Origin: Octopus vulgaris
Lineage: Eukaryota
Direction of reading: 5' to 3'
DNA: 64,000 bases
Assembly: GCA_951406725.2 (NCBI GenBank)
Contig: OX597826.1
Coordinates: 35,588,001 to 35,652,000, forward strand
The notes beneath the pieces are model-generated. The model was given only the letters and a program-made list of their open reading frames with translations. It searched no databases and was not told the origin of the DNA. The stretch's first letter is position 1. Each line of letters begins with the position of its first letter. Below are positions 38,633 through 51,473 of this stretch, in pieces. The position numbers and the translations under genes are program-made.

Positions 38633-41600
38633 TCATATGTGTGTGTGTGTGTGTGTGTGTGTGTATCTAGGTCTGAAACAAAAGATTAACAGACCTTGTG
38701 CTCTATGTAATGTTTTGTGAGAATATTTCTGTCAACTTACATCTCCTGTAGTTACGACAATATTGATTTTGTCTTATGACTAGAGTCACCAAGTTATTAT
38801 TTGTGTCAGAAGGTCACAGTTGATTGAATTGTCTCTTGTGTATATTACTGGTACTAATTTTAATGAACTCACTATGTTGGCAAAACAAAGTGAATCCCAA
38901 CAGAATTCCAATGAAGAACCGAGAATGCTATCGATAATTATGATATAGCATTTAGTGCAGAATGCTAGTGTTCCCATCATCTCTTCATCATTCTGATAAA
39001 ATAAATATTGCGATAAACAAAGTTAAAATTCCCAGTGAGTCAGTGTTTTATTTTCTATTTGTTTTCTTTTGTTCAATTTAGTGTTTTTGTTTCTTTTTAA
39101 TCAAAGCTAAAATGAAGAATTCCTACTTATTGATTCACAAAATAAAAAGAAAGAAAATGGCAAAATAAATTTGATTCGTGAAGAGTTCTTCTTTCTCTGA
39201 AGTATTTAATTAAATAAACAAGTGTAAGAAAATTGTTTTCTACTACCATATGCAGTGCTATATATGCTATCATTTCCTCTTTAATTACAACTTTTGATAT
39301 TCACAATGATCGGGCAAAACTGAGACAAGCAATGGAATGCTTTGACTGTGTTAAATGGAATCAACTTTGGCAGATCTCAATTGATGATTTGTACAATATT
39401 TATGTAAAAGCAAATGACTCTGAATTCAAAGACAATAGCTCAAGTCAAAGTTAATGATTAGTTTGGGAGCAATTAGATTACACTTAATTATAGATTTTGC
39501 TGTTAACATCAATAGTTCAACGATTCTGTGTCACAGGTAAAATAATAAATAGATAAAATATGGAAAACAACAGGTGCCATTTCACGGCAGCAGAAACATG
39601 GGAAATCCTCATATAATTTGATTGATTTCTTCAGAGCCTAAAGATGACTCACAGAACAGAATCCTTTCAGGCTGAACCCTACCATTTTATTGGTTTGTTT
39701 CTACTTTCATTATCCTTAACCCTTCTTTTTTTACTTTTTTATTTTACTTTTTTTTTTGGCCCAGTAGTCCCATAATCTTTCTTTCCTGTACTTTTTGTTA
39801 TTATTCTTTCTCATTAATTAACAATAAGTCAATATTTAATTATAGTAAGGGTAAGCTTGATCAGATTATGTCAATAATGGTTTGCTTGAAGCAAAATCTA
39901 ATCATTGCATGAGAAATAACAAAAACAACCACAGTAACAGCAACAGTATTGAGAACAAGTGCAAGAATAACAAAGATGATGATGGTGGTAGTGGTGGCAG
40001 CTGTGATGGTGGTGGTGGTGGTGGTGATGGTGGTGTAGGTAGCAGTAGTGTGGAAGATGATGATGGTGATGATGGTGGTGGTGAAAATGATAGTGATGAT
40101 AGCGATGATAGTGATGATGAGGGTGATGATAGTGGTGGTGGGATTGATGACAATGATGATGATTATAATGATCCGAATTATTTAATGCAACAGAATAGAG
40201 AGCTGAGAAAATTATGATATGTGAGTGTAAGTTGTCTCCAAAGCAATGCAGAAAGTCAGAAGGAATTAGTATTGAAAATAAAATCTCAAGTATTGCGAAC
40301 ATATTGCTGATATCACATATTCAGATAACTCTACCAGGAGACTTTAATGCCGATTGTGTTTATTATTTATAGAGAAGTCAGGTAATGGTTAAAGATGTAT
40401 TGATATGAATAGGTTAGTGCTGATGCACTACTAGAAAGATCCAAAGAGAATGTGTGGTAAATACATCGATCTGCGACCTTAACGACTAATGTTTGAGGAA
40501 ACAAGACTTGAAGAGAGTCAGAAGAAAGCCAAACAGCAGAGAAAGATAAACAATCTAGATGAAAAGATAAAGAAAATAATAAAATTTAATCGAAGAAGAC
40601 ATTATATAAGTAGGCAATAGGTAACGCAAGGGAAAGTTTTCCAGATAGAAATCAAACAAAAATAACTGCATAATAAAACATTAAAAATGAAAAGCAAAGA
40701 AGAGTCTTAGAAATAAAAGAAAAACAACGTCAACAAATTATTGCAACATCTCAACTGATATGAAAATAGATTTTTCTTTTCTTTTTAAATTCATGAGAGA
40801 ATGATTTGTAATTAAATGTTGTAAAGGGGCAAAAATTGACTGGAAAGAGAATTTGATGTAAAGGAAATATAAATAAGAAAATGCATCTATATGGTTGAAT
40901 AATTTTGGCTTGATCTAATAATTTGTCTATCCAACTTTACCTCAAGAACTTCCTAATAACAATTCATGTCATATTTTTAATCTGCTTGCATGACATGTAA
41001 GCATCAGTGCAGTCATCTCTCCTTCATAATTCAACCAAAATCTTTCATATGCATTTACTTTTGCAATTCACACATGGCTTGTTTCATAACTCAATATTTA
41101 TATTCAAAGGTTATGTTCATCTCTGTCTTCAGCATTGCTTCTTCATGGTTCCCTGCCATACATCATGGTACTTCTTACTCTACATTAGTGTATTTTGTTG
41201 TCGTTGCTGGTTTTCTTTTTCAAGGAAAAAATAATATCTTGCTGCCACCAGAGATTATTTCATGAAATATACTCTTCACTAGCAGTACTTATCAAGCAAA
41301 CGAGACTGTATCAATGACCAACTCACAGATAATCATCATCGTTATCATCGTCATCCTCCTCCTTTTTTCTCCTCCTCCTCCTCATCATTTCCATGTCCAC
41401 CTTTCCATGTATGCATAGGCTAGACACAGTTGACTGAGGCAAATTTTTGTACAGGCCACATGCCTTTTCCAGTCACAAATCCTCGTTAGTTTCCCAAGCA
41501 AGTTTATATTTCTTCATTACCAGACAAGTTCACACAAAATATTGGAAATGAATGACACTGCTTATGTGTCTTATTTACAACTGTCACATATGTCAAAACA

Positions 41601-44464
41601 AGAAAACACAAACATATACAAACTCACACATACATACATACACACACATATATGCACCGGCATATATGTGTGTATGCAATGGCTTCTTTCAGTTTCCATC
41701 TAACAGATGTGCAACAAAAATTTTGATACCTTGACATTAAGAAGGGCATCCTCTTGACATTAGGAAGGGCATCCAGCTGTAGAAACTTTGCCGGATCAGA
41801 TTGGAGCTTGGTGCAGCCTTTTGGCTTGCCAGCTCTCAGACAAACCATCCAACCCATGCCAGCATGGAAAGTGGACATTGAACGATGATGATGATGATGA
41901 TGTGAAATAATTTATAGAGAATTTAACAGTTTTGTGTTTTATTAACTGGCTCATGGTAAATTGTTCTGATTCCCTTGTACTCCAAGATCGACTTTGCCTT
42001 TCATACTTCCAAGGTTGATAAAAGATCCAAATCCATAAAGGAAGACTGACAGATCTGTAAGATCATCAAATCATGTGCCTTATACTATTTGTTCCAGCTC
42101 TTTGCAGTCTGTGTTCAAATCCTACCACAGCCTGTTTAAGGGACAGTCATCAACACGGTTATCTCATACCTTGGAAGAAGCCTTTGGTTTGAGGATAGCT
42201 TTCTATCTACTAGTCTCAGCAACCATGTAAAAGGTCATAGACACTTTTGTCTCTCCTGGTTAAAAGATAAAGACAAATGTTCACCATGCTTTCAGATGTC
42301 CTCCCTCCTTCTACACCAAAGGGAAAACAAGGACTAATAAAACTTTACTCAAAGTTTATTGAAGACATCATAGTCAGAATACAAAGACCATGGGCTACAA
42401 AACATCCTGTCACAGACTCTAACAATTCCAATTGAACCCCCTCAACTGCTATTTTATTTAGTGACACAAAGTTGGCCTTGGATTTGAACTTATAACAGAG
42501 AGCTCTGCAGTAAGTACTGAAAGAAATTCTAACCAATGCTCCAGTGACTGTCAGCTCAGCTCATCATTAACACTGATATCATTCACATTGCCTATTGAAA
42601 ATATGTTCTTTATTTACCTCCCCTGGCATCACTCTGATTAACCAGCTGTCATCTAGCTAAATGCCTACGCATAACACTTATTACATCACCAATGTTTTAA
42701 TATCTCTGCTTCAAGTTTTCAGCCTACACTTCGAAATCAACATGTTCTAATATTCTAATGAAAATGTTATACTTAATTGTCCCCCAAGAATAAACCAAAT
42801 TATCTTTTTCTCAGCAATAAAACCAGAAAAGATCTTCTCAAAACTAGTAATTCCTCTCTACATTAAGCAGAATAAAATTGTGAAATTTTTTCTAAATTTT
42901 CAATCTGTGAAATATTAAAATTACAGTTATCTCTGTACTCTGTACTTGACATGCAAAATATTATATTAAAGTGATAATTAAGCCAGTATTAAATATTATT
43001 ATAATAATTGTACGTTTTTTTCCTCAATTATTTAATAACCTGTTTAAATCAATAAAAATTATTTAATTTAGAATGAAAAATTTAATAATGGTAGTTAGGT
43101 ATCAACTCATTACATTGAAATTTTAGAAAACCGTTCGTAATTTGGGGCTATTATTGACACAATTTCCAGAAAAGTTAATATAATGAAAGCACGATATTGC
43201 ATGACTTGCTCAGTGGTTAAAACTAAGAACCAAGGTTCAAGTCTTCAATGATAACATGTTTGTAGGGATTAATTCTTCAAACTGTCACATAACACATAAA
43301 CACAGTCAATTCTTGCTTTTGAAATAAAGGTACTGAGGTCATTTCTAGTGAATGGATAAATATAGGCAAGATAAACTTATTACTTTTGTTAATAAATTGT
43401 TGATTTAATGTCTTGAATAACATGAAGAGAAAAATCCAGTATGTTACTATTGACAAATTCTTGAGTTGAAATACAAATGGAATTTCACTGAAATAAGAGA
43501 TCAGAGGATGGTTTAAATAATGGTTAGCTAAGTTGATATGTTAATAATAAATTATCAGTTTGAGGTTACTACATGTGTCAAATACATCATAAATCAGATA
43601 ATAATAATAATAATAATAATAATATTTCTATTGCCTTACATCCATTTTTGTATGTTTCCATGAATGGGAAGGTTTCTCTAAATTTCAACATTAGCATATT
43701 GTTTTCACATTCATAATTCTTCTACCCCAGCTATGAGTCACGAATGGAACTTCTTGTACAATACATGGAAAAATTTGAATTGAAGAAAAGCTACTATTTT
43801 GAACTTGACCTCTGTGAGAATAAAGTGAAAGCAATTTTGAAAGAAAGACATGTTTAGGTTGTATATGTTAACTTTTATAGTGTTAAGTCTAAGAGTACTT
43901 CTGCTGTATTATACAGGCAAAATGTACTAAATAAAAGCAAACACAATATAGTAAAGAGAAATTTTACTCAAATTTGTTTGGAGGATCTAACTTCAGTGAG
44001 TAGAATGAAATACTTTGTCCAAATATTCAGCAATATTTTGGCGAAAAAAGAAACCCAAACTGCACCCTACCCAAGTTTTGCTGATACACATAAAAGTTAG
44101 TTACATACTGAATACCTTGTGACTGCCTTGTATAATGTACTACACTCACAAACATCTTAAATGTATTAGTGTATACACCATGCAAATATAATATAACAGC
44201 TTTAGGTGTTGATGTTTTCTTTGAAGAGAATTTCAAGACATGGGTAACTTTAGTAAAGTGTTGTTCAAAGAAAGTGTGAAGCGTGTGTTTCCAGGGAGAG
44301 ATATCTAAGTTGAAACTTAATGTTGCAAATTAAATCTGACACAACAGTATCTAGATTTACCTAATTGTCACATTGGATCTTCTTCACTGCAGTGAGGTAA
44401 TTTCTTCATATTTGGAATTCAGCCACTATAACTAATTAAGAGTTGCTTATCTACAACCATAATG

Positions 44465-45110
44465 CCTGCAAGATGACTATCAGAAAATCAAAGGATGCCT
44501 TTGAGAATAGAATGGCCTGCAAGATCTCTCACCTAGCAAAATTACTGCCTCATCTTGTGGCTCCTTGCCAAAAGGGATCTGAAATGATTTAGCAGAAACG
44601 TTTACTTGCCACTTCTCGACCAAGATGGTTTTGTAAGTTAACACTCCTACTGATAAAGCTTTTGTGTTTACCATCTACTTTCATGCACTTCCACACTCAT
44701 TTGAAACACTCCATTTACCATTTACTAACATACGTACAGAATAACCAAAGGCAAAATCTGATCTAATATACCCAAACCATGAAGGGGACCAGTTCTGACT
44801 GAACCAATTCCATTAACATAAAACTAGGATCTACAGATCTTAATCCTCTCATCACCATATCTTTAATGCTTCTGTATTTATTGAAGTTTACTTTATGGGA
44901 TATATATGTGACAATATGTTTTATCTACAAGAACTACTTACTCTCCAACACAAACAAACAATAATGTAAGACCCTTATGTCTAACATGTCAAAAACCCCT
45001 GAAATAATTGTAAACGTCCACCATGTTGAATAGTTTATGTCTTTTCCCATCCCCAGTTGCCACTAATAGATTTTGTGCTGCCAAACCATCAGGAAATTTC
45101 TCTCATATGC
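44465..45110 (+). mobile_element. Highly decayed CR1/Jockey-group LINE ORF2 fragment
   Basis: TIRKSKDAFENRMACKIS, LPLLDQDG, TPTDKAFVF, NNVRP, MSKTPEIIVN resemble the region preceding and starting the RT domain. Confidence 0.55.
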
Positions 45111-45780
45111 AACACTTCATTGCAATCTTGCCTTTCAGAACTTTGTAGTAAGTAATAGCGTTCTTTTGATATCAGTAATATAGTTATTTATTTCATACAC
45201 AAGAACCATTTCATAAATTTTATTCACTATATAATACATACTAATGTATATTTTGCAGTCATAACAATGAACGATAAAATCTTGGTAAAAATATATCACA
45301 TAAACTCCTCTCATGAATCTATGTCCATACATATGTGCAACCAATTCAAAAAAGGGATTGTGTCAACAAAAATTGATAAAATAATTCTTTCGACTATAGG
45401 CATGAGGCCTGAATTTTAGGGAGGGAGTTAGGTGATTACATCTACCCCAGTATTTAACTGGTACTTTATTTTATCAACCCCAAAAGGATGAATGGAAAAG
45501 TTGACCTTGGTGAAGTTTGAACACTGAATGTATACACAGACAAAGTGCCATTAAGTTTTTTGTCCAGCATGGTAACAATTCTGCCATGGTGCTTAATAAA
45601 TCATGCACTTATTATCACACACTTTTATCATAACAAAAAATTACATATCATAAGCTTTTTGTGGAACGCTAAAAATTTGTTTGAAGTATAACATATTGAC
45701 TTTACTTTACAATTACAATGCATTGAGGAATGCTTTGTCAGGTTTATTACAATTGCTGTGTAAAATACATTGAAAAATTC

Positions 45781-45950
45781 TGTGTGGTAAGTAGCTTGCT
45801 TACCAACCACATGGTTTCGGGTTCATTCCCATTGCATGGCACCTTGGGTAAGTGTCTTCTACTATAGCCTCAGGCCAACCAAAGCCTTGTGAGTGAATAT
45901 GGTAGACGGAAACTGAAAGAAGCCCGTCGTATATATGTATATGTATATAT

Positions 45951-45999
<49 letters not shown>

Positions 46000-46227
46000 T
46001 CTCTCTGTGTGTGTATGTTTGTATGTCTGTGTTTGTCCCCCAACATCGCTTGACAACTGATGGTGGTGTGTTTACATCACCATAACTTAGCGGTTCAGCA
46101 AAAGAGACCGATAGAATAAGTACTAGGCATACAAAGAAGAAGTCCTGGGGTCGATTTGCTCGATTAAAAGGCGGTGCTCCAGCAAGGCCACAGTCAAATG
46201 ACTGAAACATGTAAAAGAGTAAAGAGT
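45781..46227 (+). mobile_element. SINE family B
   Basis: Homologous to 36681-37086. Confidence 0.9.
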
Positions 46228-46910
46228 ATATTTTAAACAAAACAAAAACAAATTCAAAATTGAATTCTGAACTTCCCCAGTGTAATCTGTAAAACTGCAT
46301 CACCTGTCATCAACCTAGGAATCACAGGATCATGAGCTTCTCTTTAAGCAAATACACAATTACTAATTATTTGAAACTGTTGCTCCACCACATGACTGAT
46401 TCTATCAATCCATCACCTTGATGTTGCATTGCTCTCACAGTAGTCTCACTTTGACTGTCTACCAAGTCAGCCAATCTACTGCCCTGGCATAGAACCATTT
46501 CATTCAAACCACTGCCATGATACTTTTCTTAATTCTGAAAATCCATCTCTTTGAGAACTTACCAAATTTGCCAATTTGTCATCGTGATGGTCAACTGATT
46601 CTCCACTAATCTACCAGCATAAAATGGGATAAAGTCTTAACAAGATATAAAGCTGCAATGAGTGTGGCAGTTGATAACCGATTGAAGATATTGGAGACTT
46701 TACTTTTCTAACTTTTTTATGAGTCCAGGGATTAATAAGGATAATTTTATATTTTCCTAGCTCAAATTCAATTAAACGAGTAACTAATATTGATTCAATT
46801 GGTTATAACACTCTCCCCCCTTATAATTGACTTTGAATCCAATTAAAAGAACATCCTGGTTTTAGAATATGTATAGCTTATCTCCTATTTGTTATTAGAG
46901 ACAATTATTA

Positions 46911-47162
46911 TTTACATTATTTACATTTGACGGTTATTTGTCCTCATCTTGTTTGTTGTTAACACAATATTTCGGCTGTTATACCCTCCAACCTTCATCG
47001 GGTGTCTTGGGGAAATTTCGAATCTGGGTTCTCGTTCCTAAGGTAGTTTTTGATGTTATTATTATCATTATTCAGGACACTGCCTGGAATCGAATTTGGA
47101 ATCTTGGGGTTAGTAGCCTGTGTTCTTATCACCAAGATTCCAAGTTTGATTCCAAGCAGTGA

Positions 47163-47233
<71 letters not shown>

Positions 47234-47396
47234 TTGAAAAATACTTCAGGAATGAGAACCTAGGTTCGAAATTTCCCCAAGACTCCTGATGAAGGCTGCT
47301 GCTGAAACATTGTGTTAACAACAAACAAGATGAGGACAAATATCTAGCAAATGTAAATAATGTACATAATTCCTCATCTCTTAAATATAGAACTGT
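46911..47396. mobile_element. Inverted dimer of the tRNA-like + hammerhead element
   Basis: Left arm minus, right arm plus; acaattatta direct repeat at 46901-46910 and 47397-47406. Confidence 0.85.
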
Positions 47397-47822
47397 ACAA
47401 TTATTAGAGTTGGTGACATGAAGGGCATCAAACTGTGAAACACTATCAACGGAAAACGGTTAAGTGTGATCCTCGTGAACCTTGCAAGACTAAATCCATG
47501 TTTTAACAGAAAACTGGGTTTAAAAATGTTTTTTTTTTTGCTGCTTTTTTGTTGTTGTATTAGAAAATTAATGTTAAGGTTACTGTAGAAATTAGAATGC
47601 TAGTTAAAGTGTTTATGAATTAAATATTATTTGGTCGACAAAAGTCTTCTGAATTAGGAAAATGTAACAATGTTTACACACTTTCTTACAAAACAAAATA
47701 TATACATCCACATCTTTCTACATGCATATAATGATGATATGTGTGTGTATGTGTGTATACATTTGTATGCATATATATATATATACATACATATATATAT
47801 ATACTTGCATATATAGATGGCC

Positions 47823-47885
47823 AGATAACCGAAGAGATGGTGTTGTGGATTTCCACTTCGGCATCTGAAACTCAGAGTTTTATCT
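47823..47885 (+). ncRNA. Type-I hammerhead ribozyme-like motif with U4C substitution
   Basis: agataa CCGAAGA gatg...catc t GAAA ctc-a-gag TT ttatct; helix I has 6 perfect pairs. Confidence 0.6.
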
Positions 47886-47985
47886 TAACTATTGAGTAAA
47901 TGTAACATATTATTTTATAGATAAATTTCCTCTATTTACATAATATTGAGGTCTCTTTCTTTCTTTTGTTATCTTACCGTTTTTG

Positions 47986-48024
<39 letters not shown>

Positions 48025-48102
48025 GAATAAATAAATGTTTAACGCAGGTGTAAATCAAATACTTTTACTTTCGACACATGTTTCGAAAATTCACTTTTTT
48101 TC

Positions 48103-48188
48103 ACTTTCCTGAAGAGAAGATTGCATTGTTTATACCATTTATTCTTTTGAATAGTATCAGTGAAATTTTCGAAATATGTGTCGAAAGT
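48103..48188 (+). ncRNA. Type-I hammerhead ribozyme motif, intact core, GUC cleavage triplet
   Basis: actttc CTGAAGA gaagatt...aattttc GAAA tatgtg TC gaaagt; helix I 6 bp, extended helix II, minimal helix III. Confidence 0.75.
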
Positions 48189-49357
48189 AAAAATATTTGA
48201 TTACACCTGCGTTAAACTCCATTTATTTATTCATATATTATTCAAAATATTCCATGTAAAGACGAAGTTTCTACCTTTATAAACAAGGAGTTACAACATC
48301 TTTACTTGTAAGATTTTTGCTACACTGGTAACTATTTATTTATTTTTTCCGTGTTAATTGTTAACAAGGTGAAAACACACTTATCTATCTATCTATCTAT
48401 CTATCTATATATATATATATATATACATACACACATGAATGATAATGCACACACACACACACATATATATGTAATTATATACATATATTAAATTTTTAAA
48501 AAAAATATATCTTGTAAAATTATTTAAAAAGCAGGGAAATCCCTGATGTAGTTAATTATGACTTATAAATTCAGGTTGCAAGTTCACCAAGTTTGAATTT
48601 TTGAGCAACTAAATACAGAACAAATGAATAAATAAATAAATAAAAATATGAAAGGTATAACTATATAAATGAAGATAGAAAAATAATGAGATATGAATAT
48701 TCGAAAATGGAAGAGCACAAAACAAGGAATCAATAAAATATGAAACAAAGTTTTAAAAAATGTTTTTGAAAGAATTTAGAGTAAATACAAGATCAAAATT
48801 AATTGGTAAAAAATGCAAAACCATTATTGTTATTGTTGTTGCTGCTCTTCTTGTTGCTATGATTACTATCATCATCATCATTATTGTTATTATTATTATT
48901 ATCATTATTGTTCTTCTTATTATTATTATCATTACTATTATTATTAGCGTTACTATTATTATTATCATCATCATTATTATTATTAATATTATTATTATTA
49001 TTATTGCTATTAATTTCATGTTCTTCATTTTTATGTTTGAAAGATCATAAGGTAAATTGGGAAGAGATAAAACCAGTTGAAGGTTACCTATTTTACTTTG
49101 CATTACGAAGCTAATTAACTTAGAATTTGGAAGAGAGAATTGAAACAAAACAAAAATATTTCCCAATCTCTTGCAATTGTATATTAAAGAGAATAATGAA
49201 GGAACAAAATATTTAGCATAACCCAAGACATTAAAATACATTATCAGAGAGACAGCTTGTTGCATATGGATGCATATATCCATGTACGGGTATAACATTG
49301 AACTGCATCTGGTTGTGGAGCACTAATTTGGGAATTCTGAAGTTGTATGTATCTATC

Positions 49358-49414
<57 letters not shown>

Positions 49415-49443
49415 ATACATATATATTATAGATATATTATATA

Positions 49444-49847
49444 CTCTCTTTTACTCTTTTACTTGTTTCAGTCATTTGACTGCAGCCATGCTGGAGCACC
49501 GCCTTTAATCGAGCAACTCGACCCCGTGACTTATTCTTTTGTAAGCCCAGTACTTATTCTATCGGTCTCTTTTGCTGAACTGCTAAGTAACGGGGACATA
49601 AACACACCAGCATCGGTTGTCAAGCAATGCTAGGGGGACAAACACAGACACACAAACACACACACGCATATATATACATATATACGATGGGCTTCTTTCA
49701 GTTTCCATCTACCAAATCCACTCACAAGTCTTTAGTCGGCCCGAGGCTATAGTAGAAGACACTTGCCCAAGGTGCCATGCAGTGGGACTGAACCCGGAAC
49801 CATGTGGTTGGTAAACAAGCTACTTACCACACAGCCACTCCTGCGCC
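49444..49847 (-). mobile_element. SINE family B
   Basis: Homologous to 36681-37086. Confidence 0.9.
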
Positions 49848-50160
49848 TATATATATATATATTTATTGTATATATATATTATACATATATATATATTATA
49901 TATACATCATCATCATCATCATCGTTTAGCATCCGCTTTCCATGCTGACATGGGTTGGACGGTTCAACTGGGGTCTGGGAAGCCAGAAGGCTGCACCAGG
50001 CCCAGTCTGATCTGGCAATGTTTCTACGGCTGGATGCCCTTCGTACTGCCATACATATAAATAATATATATATATATATATATATTAAATACATATATAT
50101 AATAGATATATATATTATATATATATATATATAATATATATATATATAATATATATATAT

Positions 50161-50582
<422 letters not shown>

Positions 50583-50604
50583 AATTATATATATACATAT
50601 AGTA

Positions 50605-51007
50605 TACTCTTACTCTTTTACTTGTTTCAGTCATTAGACAGTGGCCATACTGGAGCACCGCCTTCAGTCAAGTCCAGGACTTATTCTTTCTAAGCCTGGT
50701 ACTTATTCTCTTGGTCTCTTTTGCCGAACCACTAAATTATGGGGACGTAAACACACCAGCATCAGTTGTCAAGCGATGATGGGGGGACAAACACAGACAC
50801 AGGAACATATACACACACACGTATATATATGTAAACATGTATACAACAGGCTTATTTCAGTTTCCATCTACCAAATCCACTCACAAGGTTTTGCTCGGCC
50901 CGAGGTTATAGTAGAAGACACTTGCCCAAGGTGCCATGCAGTGGGACTGAACCCAGAACCATGTGGTTGGTAAGCATGCTACTTACTACACAGACACTCC
51001 TGCGGCG
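50605..51007 (-). mobile_element. SINE family B
   Basis: Homologous to 36681-37086. Confidence 0.9.
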
Positions 51008-51018
51008 CATATATACTA

Positions 51019-51103
<85 letters not shown>

Positions 51104-51129
51104 CATACATTATATATATATATATATAT

Positions 51130-51364
51130 TTGTTTTTTCTCTCTAGTTTCAGCTTAGAGCTGCGGCGATGCTGATGCATTGCCATTTTGCTACACTGTTA
51201 TTACTGAGAGCCTCCTCTAATATGTGGCACTTAGTGAAGAATGGAGTTTGATGTAACTACCCTCATTTGCACCTGTTGCTATGAGGTAGGTTCATCTGGG
51301 AGTCTCAACAGGAAGAGGTCCAGCTTTGATTTAAAAACTCCTACATCTACTTTGTGCAGGTTCC
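51130..51364 (-). mobile_element. CR1-like LINE 3' end
   Basis: NLHKVDVGVFKSKLDLFLLRLPDEPTS, then a 3' UTR ending cagcatcgccgcagctctaagctgaaactag. Confidence 0.75.
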
Positions 51365-51473
51365 AGGAAGTAATTCCTCCCCTCCTTGGAACTTTCCAGT
51401 AAGTAAATCCTCCCCCTCCTCGGAACTTTCGAGGAAGTAATTCCTCTCCCTCATTGGAACTTTCCAGGAAGTA
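51361..51473. repeat. 33-34-bp minisatellite, ~3.4 units
   Basis: Unit ttccaggaagtaattcctcccctccttggaact at 51361, 51394, 51428, 51462. Confidence 0.9.
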
